Source: an uncultured cyanobacterium
GTDB taxonomy: Bacteria; Cyanobacteriota; Cyanobacteriia; Cyanobacteriales; Cyanobacteriaceae
DNA: 55,401 nt
Reading direction: 5' to 3'
NCBI GenBank assembly: GCA_963749915.1
Contig: CAVVOP010000010.1
Location: 1 to 55,401, forward strand
Positions 31,958 to 42,093 of the stretch are shown in pieces; the stretch's first letter is position 1; the number at the start of each line of letters is the position of its first letter. Under the pieces are notes generated by a model that did not search any database, was not told the origin of the DNA, and saw nothing but the letters and a program-made list of their open reading frames with translations. The translations under genes and the position numbers were made by a program.

Positions 31958-32446
31958 AAACCTACGGGGCGTAGTTGCCCCCAACAGCCACCACTGGCTA
32001 TGACCAAAACAAAACTAGGGGGCGAGGAGTGAAGCGTGGGGAGGAAGTGGAGCGAGTGGAGCGACTGACGAAGGAGGGAGACGGAACGAACGCAACGCAG
32101 CGAGACGGCGAAACGACGAAGCACTCCCCCACCGCACGAATGGTAAACAATAATGGGTGGGAGAAAATAACAAATGGAGCGGTAACTAAGCACGTGAACG
32201 ATGATTCCTTATCAGAAAACCAGCGACACAACAGGGTGGGCTATTTTAGAGCCTAGGTAAGAATTATGAAACAAAATAATTACTATTCTCATCAAAAAAC
32301 CATCCTTTACCTTCTGGGTCTTTTGATTTCGTCCATTCTATATATTCTTCTTTCGTTATCTTATTATCTCTAAATTTCTTTTTATATTGATTTATTGCAC
32401 CTCTGGAGACATTAAATCTTTTAGCTAATTCTGTTGTACTTTAATT

Positions 32447-32785
32447 CTATTGCTCAAGGTTATCTGTAAGATTGCTTTCTAATTCTATATTTTCAGATGA
32501 TTTTTTCTGTTTCTTTTCAGGTATGCTACTTGATAGTTTACTAAGTGTATTAACTAATTCTTTTAATTCTTGTACTTCTTTTTTAAGCTGTTCAAATTCA
32601 ACTAAAGTAACACCACCAATCCAAGTTTTTTTAATAAGTAAAGTTTCTTCAAGCCCAAAATATTCAGCAATAATCACGTTTAATGCTCTTGAGCAACTAA
32701 GATTATTTTCCTGACAAAATTGGTCAAAGCGATCGTAAAGTTCAGGAATTATATATCCTGCTACCCTTTCATTTTCAGTAGTCAT
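32447..32785 (-). CDS. RHH/CopG-like protein with a coiled coil
   Basis: RVAGYI.PELY..F..FC....LS.S.AL..IIAEYFG pattern. Confidence 0.6.
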   Translation of the reverse strand: MTTENERVAGYIIPELYDRFDQFCQENNLSCSRALNVIIAEYFGLEETLLIKKTWIGGVTLVEFEQLKKEVQELKELVNTLSKLSSSIPEKKQKKSSENIELESNLTDNLEQ

Positions 32786-32888
32786 AATCAGTAATATACT
32801 TGGTATGCTAAAAATATATCATAATATCAGTGAGATAAAAGAGAAGATAGAGAGTAGGATAGGGATTCCTTGTAAAGTAAATTATTTA

Positions 32889-33420
32889 TTATTTCTTCTC
32901 CATTCCCAAGGCTTTTACTAGATTCTTGCTGTAAATATTGAGCCGATTATTTTTAGCGATCGCTTCAGCTTTTTCAATATCATTCCAAATAGGACAATCA
33001 GACTTATATTGAGGATAAGGATAAACCCAACCATTCTTAACCTGCTTAACTTGAACAGCTTCACCATTAAGAAGATATAAAACAGCTACACTTCTACCAT
33101 ATCTATCAGTATTAGTAATATCGAGATTAACTTTATTTCCATTTGATTGTAAAAGCGATCTCAAATAATCACGAGATTCAATGCCATATTCTTGGTCTTT
33201 TTCTGGAGCTATCGATACAGGCAAATCTTATTTTTAATTCTTCATTATCACTAGATATTACACGAAGTGTGTCACCATCATAAATGCTTCCTTCTTTTAT
33301 TTGATATACTTGTTGTTGTCACTTTTTGTATTACTAATTGCTTGATTATTATTATTTTGAAAGTAAACCCAGAGAAGGAATAAGCCTATAATTAAAGGTA
33401 ATTTATTGAATCCATTTCAT
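32889..33420 (-). pseudogene. Thermonuclease (SNase-like), frameshifted
   Basis: YDGDTLRV, KIRFACID/APE and DRYGR motifs spread over shifted frames. Confidence 0.78.
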
Positions 33421-33449
33421 AATTTTTAATTTGGAAGAATAATAATATC

Positions 33450-34533
33450 ATGATGGCGATAACCCATGCTGTAATTAGTAGTTCAGTAACATCATTAGTT
33501 TTGGGAAAAACGGATACATTAACATTAGGATTATCGATTATTGGAAGTCAATTACCAGATCTTGATTCTAGTAAATCAATTATTGGTCAAATATTTTTTC
33601 CCATCTCCCGTTACTTAGAAAATCACTTTCCTCATCGCTCAATTACTCACTCATTCATAGCTACAGCTATCATTACTGCGATTGCCTTCCTCATGGGATA
33701 TTATTACTTTAATGATATTTATAAGTTAATTGCGTTACCAGTAGGTCACTTAGTGAGCTGTTTTTCTGATACCTTTACCAAACAAGGGGTACAGTTATTT
33801 TATCCTAATCCAGTATGGGCAATATCAGTAAGTAACCCACATCGTAGGTTACGAACTGGCTCACCTTCGGAATATTATGTTTTAGTTAGCTTTCTCAATA
33901 TTGCTATTCCTCAACTTTTCTCTCATTAATAATACTGGGGGAATAACCAATGCTATTTCTATCAATTTAGGTTTAAGAGATGAGATAGTTAAAATGTATA
34001 ATCAGGATGCCAATACTCATTTATTTAAAGCGTCTATTAAAGGTTATCACCAGAGCGATCGCACTCCTATTAATGATGAGTTTATGGTAATCAATAATAT
34101 AGATAAAGAGTTTATTGTTACTGATGGTGAAAGGATATATAAGACTGGTGAAAATATAATAGTAGAAAATATAGAGTTAATTAAAGATAAGAAGATTATC
34201 AATAAAATTGAATCGATTACTCTTGATGATGAAGATATTAATAGTAAACTAAATAAGTATGCTACTAAGTCTGATACTAGGTACGATACTAGTGGGATAC
34301 TGAAAATAATACTGAGTTTGATACTCAAGTACGATACTATTTATATCACTGGGAGCATAGTAGTGGACTACCCAGAAGATATTGAGTTACCAAGTTTCAT
34401 TAATGAGTATGAATATATAAAAATGACTGGTGCTACGATTAATTTAGATTATTGTCCGTTGGAGAAGGCGATCGACATCTTAGAAAATCAATTTGGAACT
34501 GGAAAGGTAAGAATTATGAGTTATGAATTATGA
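33450..34533 (+). pseudogene. YdjM-like metal-dependent hydrolase with a C-terminal extension (frameshift at about 33900)
   Basis: ITHA, GSQLPDLD, HRSITHS and D.FTKQGV motifs; two overlapping ORFs. Confidence 0.75.
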
Positions 34534-35024
34534 ATTATGAATGATTAAGAGGTAATTAATTTTGGCAAAATAGTAACAATAATAATTAGAAGATTAGGGG
34601 TAAAATGAATGAGAAAAATATAGTAGAAAGAACTTTTAAATTTAGTGTAAGAATAGTTAAATTATGTGATTATTTAGCAAAGAATGGAGGTTCTGGTTAT
34701 CAATTAAGTAAACAATTGATACGTTCAGGTACAAGTATCGGAGCGAATGTATGTGAGGCACAGTCAGCCGAAAGCAAAGCCGACTTTATTCATAAAATGA
34801 GCATTGCCCAGCAAGAAGCGAGAGAAACAAACTATTGGTTAAAATTACTAATCGCAACACAAGAAAATATAGAACAAAGACTATTACCACTTTTGAATGA
34901 ATCTAATGAATTAACAGCAATTATTACTAAAATAATAGTCTCTACAAAAAAGAATAATTAATAACTCTTACTTTCATAACTCATAATTCATAATTCATAA
35001 TTCACAACTCCTAATTCATCATTC
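34511..35024. repeat. Inverted (GAATTAT)n / (ATAATTC)n arrays enclosing a four-helix-bundle gene
   Basis: 34511-34560 versus 34957-35024, including inner TAAGAG/CTCTTA pairing. Confidence 0.85.
34605..34961 (+). CDS. Four-helix-bundle protein
   Basis: KQLIRSGTSIGANV.EAQ.AESKADFIHK..IA..EARET.YWL motif. Confidence 0.92.
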   Translation: MNEKNIVERTFKFSVRIVKLCDYLAKNGGSGYQLSKQLIRSGTSIGANVCEAQSAESKADFIHKMSIAQQEARETNYWLKLLIATQENIEQRLLPLLNESNELTAIITKIIVSTKKNN

Positions 35025-35029
35025 TTGCC

Positions 35030-35965
35030 ATGAATATAAGAAATAATATAATAAGTTCATTTTTAATAACTTTAGGAATCATATTATTAATCCAGCCATT
35101 AACAGAAACTAAGGCTGATAATGATAATGATAATGATAATAAGAATAATATAATTGTTAATCAAGAAGAAGTAATTAAACCCATTCGACTAAATATTAAT
35201 CTGGCAATCGATTCTCCTGAAGATCTCAAAGTCAATGAAGGTGACGAGATTAAAAAAGGACAAATTATAGCAACTAGAGAGAGAAAAAAAAGAGAATTAG
35301 ATAATAATTTATCCCGCTTAAAATTATCATTAGAAAAAATCAAAACTCTACAACCTTTACCTCCTAATCCTCCCCTAGAAATTCCACCATTATCAGTTTT
35401 ACCGCCTATATCTTACTTAGAATATGAAGCAGAAATAGAAAAGAAAAAGATAGATATTGATTTTATTAATGATGAGATTAAAGTTAAACAAGAAGAGATA
35501 GATTATTTATCACAATTGCCTGAATTAGATGAAAAAGTTATTAATCATGAGAAGGCTAAATTAAATAAATTAAGACAGACATTGACAATCGCTTCTAAAG
35601 AATATCAATTAGCAAAAGGTAAATATGAGTCAGCTAAAAGTGAAAGAAAATACAAAGAATATCAAGCTCAAATTGATAAGGTAAAAAGAATAGAAAATAT
35701 TAATCAACAAAGACAAAGTTATGAAAGAGAATTAGCTTTATATCAACAGAGAAAATCAGAACATGAAATCAAAATTAATGAGCTTAATAATCAAATTAGT
35801 TTAGCCCATGAAAAATTACAAAGCCTCAGTAATTCAACTAGCCCTTATTCTGGCATCGTCCGTCGGATTAAATTACTCAGCCAAAGCCCAGACGGAACAA
35901 TTAACGCCGAGCTCTCCCTCATGGTTAGAAACCACAATTCAGAACTCGGAACTCAGAACGAATGA
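35030..35965 (+). CDS. Secreted coiled-coil protein, HlyD/membrane-fusion-like
   Basis: N-terminal hydrophobic signal; LKV.EGD.IKKGQ.IA lipoyl half-motif; SPYSGIV. Confidence 0.55.
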   Translation: MNIRNNIISSFLITLGIILLIQPLTETKADNDNDNDNKNNIIVNQEEVIKPIRLNINLAIDSPEDLKVNEGDEIKKGQIIATRERKKRELDNNLSRLKLSLEKIKTLQPLPPNPPLEIPPLSVLPPISYLEYEAEIEKKKIDIDFINDEIKVKQEEIDYLSQLPELDEKVINHEKAKLNKLRQTLTIASKEYQLAKGKYESAKSERKYKEYQAQIDKVKRIENINQQRQSYERELALYQQRKSEHEIKINELNNQISLAHEKLQSLSNSTSPYSGIVRRIKLLSQSPDGTINAELSLMVRNHNSELGTQNE

Positions 35966-36075
35966 GAATTCACAAAATGATTCCTCATTCATAACTCATA
36001 ATTCATCATTCATAATTCCCCCATCATTCATAATTCCCCCATCATTAATCTGTCCTACCCCGGTACTTAACTGCA

Positions 36076-36624
36076 GTGATTATCTTGACCCAGAGGGCGA
36101 TCGCTTCCAGTGTTTTAATTGCTAATCTGGAGGATAAAATTACGAACACAGGAGAACAGATAAACTACTTAGAGGAGAAGATTGGATATTATCAATCACG
36201 GAACTGGACTAATTTTATTACTTTAGAACCAGTGAAGTTAATTCAGAATCTTTTTGGTGGTGGTGATGTGCAAAGAAATCAATTAACTATTACTGATATT
36301 GAGGTCAAAATAAACAGTTTAAAAGCCAATAAAAATAGTTTAGAAAATCAATTAATTGTTGAGAAAGATAAGCTTAAAAATGAGATTGCGATCGCTCTCT
36401 TAAACATTGAAGAAAGTAGAGAAAGGATTAAATTAATTAATCAGAAAAAGAAAAAAGTTAATTTACAGTCTCAAGTATTTCTCATCAAATATAGTAATGG
36501 AGAAGGAACGACAAATCAGTATTTAAACTATCAGGAAAATATTGATAAACTTGATTTTGATTTACTTCAAGCTACTAATGATTATCGGCAAAATTTATCT
36601 AAATTGATGTTGTTAGTTGAGTAA
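36076..36624 (+). CDS. Coiled-coil protein, TolC-like (start uncertain or frameshifted)
   Basis: NLFGGG and Y..GEGT..QYL helical pattern; follows the MFP-like gene. Confidence 0.4.
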   Translation: MIILTQRAIASSVLIANLEDKITNTGEQINYLEEKIGYYQSRNWTNFITLEPVKLIQNLFGGGDVQRNQLTITDIEVKINSLKANKNSLENQLIVEKDKLKNEIAIALLNIEESRERIKLINQKKKKVNLQSQVFLIKYSNGEGTTNQYLNYQENIDKLDFDLLQATNDYRQNLSKLMLLVE

Positions 36625-37490
36625 GCGATCGCAATATTAAAAACTTAACATTATTAACATTATTAAAACTTAGTATTACATCCTTTTCAGCATTAAGCTA
36701 AATACTCAGCGAATAGTAATAGTGGATATGTTCTAGATTTAATAGACATGTTCTTGATAACTGTTTGCTCTGCGAGATACTTGCTTAGATTGGGATAACG
36801 GACCGAAATGATGTCATAATTATACTGATTCAGTTCCAAACCATTCGGCTATATTCTTGATGAAATTCTGGTAGTATCATTATATTACCTATTTTTGGGC
36901 TGAGATAGAGTGTCATCATATAGAAATGAGTTGACCGTTTCCAGCAGTGTATTGGACTTGGTTCAAGGTTCTGGATAAGTACTGATCTTTATAATGAAAA
37001 TATATTCGCTCGATCAGATAATAAGACTAGAAAGTCATAAATAATTTCCAACATAACCGAATAACTTCCAAACAACCTTTGTAATAATTATATGCCTAAC
37101 TGCTTGGATAGATATTTTGAAAGAGGAAATCAAATCCGACTAGAAACATTTCAATTTTGTAGATTAATCGAGAAAATGATTAATTGCCGGACTATAGATG
37201 CAGTGACAGATGGACCGATGTAAGAGACTTTAGTAATTCATCAAAGATGTAAAGTGAGTTTTAATAATTCACAAAAATCATAAGCAGAATATAGAGTAAA
37301 GCAGCACAGTCAAATATAGAGGAATGAGTTATCCAGTAACCATACTTTTATTTAAGAAGACTTTTTTGACTTAGGTATCTTCATTAAAAATTTATATACA
37401 GTTTAAGTATTAATATCGTGGTTATAATTTCTCATTGCTTAAATAATTATTAGTATTAGAACAATAAATGAAGAAAACGTTAATAAAAAT

Positions 37491-37748
37491 ATGTTTTTAA
37501 ACCTATTTGACCTAGCCATTAAAAATCCACTTAATAAAAAGGCAAGAGTAGAGCATGATGCCAAGCCTGAATCTAATTTTTTTGAAGATAAGCCGAATAA
37601 GCTTTTTGACTTTTTTAACAGAGATGGAAAAATAACTTTTGGTCAAGCTAAAAGATTAGGTGAAGCTCTAGGAGAAGAAATGGAAAAATATGATTACCCT
37701 AGTCAATTAAAAGAAGCCCTTATTGACTTTTGTAAAGGAATTGGGTAA
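37491..37748 (+). CDS. Hypothetical protein, probably a fragment of a decayed gene
   Basis: 85-aa ORF; coding-like sequence continues downstream with stops. Confidence 0.35.
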   Translation: MFLNLFDLAIKNPLNKKARVEHDAKPESNFFEDKPNKLFDFFNRDGKITFGQAKRLGEALGEEMEKYDYPSQLKEALIDFCKGIG

Positions 37749-38697
37749 AGATCATCGTTTGTTATCCTGATATGGATACAGTTGATATTTGGTATACCGA
37801 TTACTATGATCTTAATACAGTGTGCTGAAGAATTTAGGTAGAAGGAGACTCCTCGTCTTCCACATTGGCCCGAAGAACCTAATGTTCATTATCGATATTT
37901 AGAATTATCTAAAAATGAGCTAGTTAGTATGCTTACCATTGTTACGAATGCCATTCTTGATAGAGATGAAACAGCTAATTACTCTTCATTCTCTATTGAT
38001 TGGGATAATGAAATTAAAAAATTTACAAAAAAGTCGACTGAAGTCAAACAAGATAAGAATAGTTTGCCACATTTGAGTTTATAGATATATTAAGAGGAAC
38101 TAATTAGGCATATAAGGCGGAAACGTAGTCAGAAAGAATATTCTAGCGATCGCCCCTATCATCTACTTCGCTTGAATACCGCCATTGCTACGCAAAGGCT
38201 ATGTGTTAAAACTATTATACTACTTTAATAAATTACTAAAGATTACTTATACACCGCCCCGCTACGCAAGGCTATGGGTGATTTTTCTCGATCGCATTAA
38301 TATAAGTGGCTTTGTCTGGGTTGTTTCCATGACCGTTGCCCGTTAACTTTTTCTCGTTGGGGGTTTGCCCCTTTTTTTTATCTTTCTAATAAGTGTATTA
38401 AACTTTACTTTACTCGTAAAATACTGTAATTTTGGTATTAGTAACTTACTTAGTAAATCATTTTAAGAATACTAATTAATGTACTTAGTATTATATCTAG
38501 CAAATAAAACGTCGGTATCCCTTAATTAATGATGCTCAGACTTTTGTTTTTAGCTTGTCTTATTAAGTAATAAGTTCAATCTAATTTTGTAAATTTGATT
38601 ACTTAATAAAACTATATAATTAATAATTTAATACCAAAACGTTTCCGCACTTATAATAATTTAGTAAGGAAGTGCGGAAGTTGAGGAAGTACATATT

Positions 38698-39300
38698 ATG
38701 ACTAACATAGAAACAAAAAAAAATAATGCTTAAGGTGTGGAAGTAGGTGCGGAAGTAAGTGCGGAAACACATAAAAGAACTGCGGAACTAGAACAGCTTC
38801 TCGGAGTTAAAAGTACAACTTTTTATAAAGATATAGAGTTTTTAAATATAGAAGTAATTAAGGATGATGAGAAATTGTGATGGATTAGCAATAAAGATTT
38901 TGAGCGAATAAAACTATTAAGAAAATATATCGAAGATAACGGAAAAAGAACAGGATTTGAAGACTTAAATGAGGGTGAATTAGTAACAGTAGAAGAGAAA
39001 ACTATTACTACTAATAAAAAAGGAGAAATAAGTAACCAAGAAATCTATGTTACTCCTGAAGATCCCAAGGATAATATGGATTTAGATAATATTGTTCGTA
39101 AGGGTGCGGAACTAAAGGCTCGTGAAATTGCGATGCCTCATTTAGTTGTCAGGGCGATCGCTGATAAATTAGAAGAACATGAATTACCTGAAGATTTACA
39201 GGAAAAGATTGAGGATGCGAGGGAAGCAAGTAACCCAAAGTTTACGCCGTCGGAGGTGGCGGATTCAATCTTGATGAGTTATCGTCAAAACTTAGCTTAA
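38698..39300 (+). pseudogene. HTH protein with a frameshift and an in-frame TGA (38878)
   Basis: TAELEQLLGVKSTTFYKDIEFL...KL*WISNKDF reads on in frame into ORF 39076-39300. Confidence 0.55.
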
Positions 39301-39410
39301 ATGATGAGCAGTTAAACAAGATAGTTAACATCCTTAAGAACAGAACAAGTTTACTGATAATTGCGGAAACGGGAAGTACTGAATACTTACCAGAATATTT
39401 ATTCTGTTCT

Positions 39411-40112
39411 TTGGCTGATTCTTACTCCTGTGCCATCGCCACCTATAAAGGCAGTGCTAAAAAGTTTATTGAGAAGGTAGCGTTTGATTTAAGCATTGAT
39501 ACCACAGAACCTAAATTTAACAATAAGGGTGATTGTACTGGTGAGCGACGACTTACTGTGGATGAATTGAAGGAGGCGATCGCCGAGTCATGTGATGAGG
39601 ATACTACGATAATTATTCCTTTTGCTAATCGTTTACCAACATCAATTAGATATTGGTTGGAGGATTTGATGAACATTGGAGTAACTATTTGTGCTGTAGC
39701 TAATAATAATCCTTGTAAAGATATTTTCCTAGAAATGCTGGAGCTGGAGTTAGATTTACCTAAAGATAAACAGATTAGGGAAATAATGAAGGATGAAGCC
39801 CAGAGGTTGGGGTTGCAAGTGAGCGATCGTAAATTAGCTGAGTTGCAAAGTTATGTAGGGAAAAATCCTATGCTTGCAAGGAAGGCTATTCAAAATGAGT
39901 ATCTGGGGCTGAATAAACAAAATCCTCAGCATACACAATATGTGGTGATTATGCCGATAATAATTGCTATTCTGATGGGTTTTGGAATTGTCAGATTTGT
40001 TGGTCTGGGAACAGGTAATAAGTCACTTTATATCTTTGGTGGTGTCACACTTGTGGCAGGGATGACTTTGAGGCAACTAGGGAAAGTTAGTGGACCGAAG
40101 AAAAAGCTGTAA
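39411..40112 (+). CDS. Hypothetical protein with two C-terminal TM helices (start uncertain)
   Basis: 233-aa ORF with hydrophobic C-terminus; partial paralogues at 45750 and 21356. Confidence 0.6.
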   Translation: MADSYSCAIATYKGSAKKFIEKVAFDLSIDTTEPKFNNKGDCTGERRLTVDELKEAIAESCDEDTTIIIPFANRLPTSIRYWLEDLMNIGVTICAVANNNPCKDIFLEMLELELDLPKDKQIREIMKDEAQRLGLQVSDRKLAELQSYVGKNPMLARKAIQNEYLGLNKQNPQHTQYVVIMPIIIAILMGFGIVRFVGLGTGNKSLYIFGGVTLVAGMTLRQLGKVSGPKKKL

Positions 40113-40348
40113 ATATTTACGTGCGACCTGAACTGGTCATTTGAATTGCTACACCCATATAGCCTAGTGATTTCTACCACTAGCTCTTACGGAAAGCACT
40201 TCACCCGAAGTGCGGTCACATCTAAAGTAAGTAACGTTAAGCTTTATTAAAGATTGAACTTGCGCTGGCTCATGTAATCTATAATTTAATTTATAGGTCT
40301 AAAGATAACAGAATTTTACAATTATTTGATTATTAAGGAGTTTAAATT

Positions 40349-40756
40349 ATGACACTAACCGTAGAAAAGGCCAAAAAGTTTTTCGGCTCCCTCTATGAGA
40401 GTTCCTCATATATTCCCGACCTAGGGAGTTTTGAAGCTGCAGCTATAAGGCTTGTTGCATCAGTCGGTGACGAAGCCGTAGCGACTAAAGAATTAGCGGC
40501 TGGGGATAAGGCACTTGCAGTTTTGATGCTCAATCATGTAATGTCAGCAAGAGATATTGATAACCCTAATAAGGCTGCACTTACTGCAGCCGCTTTGCTC
40601 AACATCAAGGCGGAGATGGTCGGTCGCTTTGTGGATCTCTTCCCCGACATGACTATTGAAGAACTGACTAAAGCCGCCAGGGAAGCTGGTTATCACATCG
40701 AAATTCTCTCGCCCGATACTGCTGAGCGTACTCCGCGTTCGGTTGTCGGCCGGTAA
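40349..40756 (+). CDS. Small protein; candidate precursor/scaffold with Nif11-like segments
   Basis: AAGGAG RBS; TVEKAKKFF and TIEELTKAAREAGYHI segments; polar tail SPDTAERTPRSVVGR. Confidence 0.6.
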   Translation: MTLTVEKAKKFFGSLYESSSYIPDLGSFEAAAIRLVASVGDEAVATKELAAGDKALAVLMLNHVMSARDIDNPNKAALTAAALLNIKAEMVGRFVDLFPDMTIEELTKAAREAGYHIEILSPDTAERTPRSVVGR

Positions 40757-40788
40757 GCGAAGGTCTGTGCAGGTTAAAGTAACGATTT

Positions 40789-42093
40789 ATGAATCATCAA
40801 CATCTTGGAATTGAGGGGCTGTGTTGGGAGTCAACATCTTCAATTGAGAACGGGGGCGGCTCGGTTGTTGTTCCATTCCCGACTACCGACTTGGTTCATC
40901 TCGTGTATCATGGTGACGAACCATTTTCTCATGGTCGCTATGGTTTGCATCGAGGACTCGAAGATCATTTGACCTTTCTTGGCCCCTCTACTAAGAAGGC
41001 ACAAGGTTTCTTCGTCGATCGTCGCCGCCACTCCCCAACTCTCCATCGTCGAATAACTCTAGAGTTCGTTCCGAGTTCGCGGCGTACCTTAATTATCCCC
41101 TGCGGTGTAGCGCACGGCTTCAAGGGGGTTGAGGGAATTTATACTCTCAATTCGTTTAGAGCTTATTTGCCTCCTCCGGATCATCTCCTTACCAATCAGA
41201 ATCCGTGGGCAACAGGTGCTGATATTTACAACTTCTCATACGATACACCTGATTTCGAGCTTCCAGTCGTAGATACCAATCCGTATCCTGCCTCCCCTGT
41301 GTTCTACGAAATTCTGAGCGAGATGCAGAAGGCTACACTCGGAACTATCGAATACGAGTATCCTCATACTGAAGATGTTGTCGAATCTGATGGCAACGTT
41401 GTCACACTAATGATTAAGAAGCGCCTATCGATCGGACAGCAGTTACAAGAGTGGGAACCCATCGAAGGTATCGAGGGTGTCGGCTGGCGTAAACATCTCT
41501 TAGTATGGTCGAGCCCAATCGCTGGTTATGCAGCTTTTACCGATGCTGCTCCCATCCAAATAATCGATCACGGCGAGAATTCCTACTCAACAGATGCATA
41601 TGGTATCCATTTAGAGTGGGAAGACCGACTGACATTCGTTGGACCGTCTGATCGGACTGTACGAATCAAGTTGATCGACTGTAGGCGATTTACGCCTACG
41701 CAAGGCAGTGAAGTATGTTATGAGTTCAAACCGTCGCCTTTGAGAATGCTTGTAATTCCTCCCGGAGTTGCGCATGCGTTTGAGTCTCTAGAACACGTGT
41801 TTACTATTAACCGTCCCTGTCGCCGTGCAGGCGATCCAGAAGTCTTCGAGCCTGGGAATGATGTTATTGATTGGCCTTTAGGAAAACGCCCCGCACCATT
41901 GTTCGATATCAAAACGCGTGAGTTTCCATTTTCATACTATCGACAGTTGGTGCGACACCAGAAGGATTACCTTGCTGCCAGAAATGACAATCTTTCGACC
42001 CCGGCTGTTTTGCTTGTTGATGACGGCAGAGGTCGTCAGGTGCGGGTAGCGATAAGACGAGATGCTAAATTCAATGACACACTCAAGAAATGA
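40789..42093 (+). CDS. Tandem RmlC-like (dTDP-sugar epimerase-like) double cupin
   Basis: Two repeats of YG(L/I)H...ED.LTF.GP...D.RR..PT...L.IP.GVAH(G/A)F. Confidence 0.8.
   Translation: MNHQHLGIEGLCWESTSSIENGGGSVVVPFPTTDLVHLVYHGDEPFSHGRYGLHRGLEDHLTFLGPSTKKAQGFFVDRRRHSPTLHRRITLEFVPSSRRTLIIPCGVAHGFKGVEGIYTLNSFRAYLPPPDHLLTNQNPWATGADIYNFSYDTPDFELPVVDTNPYPASPVFYEILSEMQKATLGTIEYEYPHTEDVVESDGNVVTLMIKKRLSIGQQLQEWEPIEGIEGVGWRKHLLVWSSPIAGYAAFTDAAPIQIIDHGENSYSTDAYGIHLEWEDRLTFVGPSDRTVRIKLIDCRRFTPTQGSEVCYEFKPSPLRMLVIPPGVAHAFESLEHVFTINRPCRRAGDPEVFEPGNDVIDWPLGKRPAPLFDIKTREFPFSYYRQLVRHQKDYLAARNDNLSTPAVLLVDDGRGRQVRVAIRRDAKFNDTLKK

Noticed and set aside
31954..32256. Three overlapping ORFs
   Set aside because: By-products of a low-complexity GC-rich tract.
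40789..42093. rmlC of dTDP-rhamnose synthesis
   Set aside because: It is a double-length tandem cupin with no rmlA/B/D context, so the gene symbol was not assigned.
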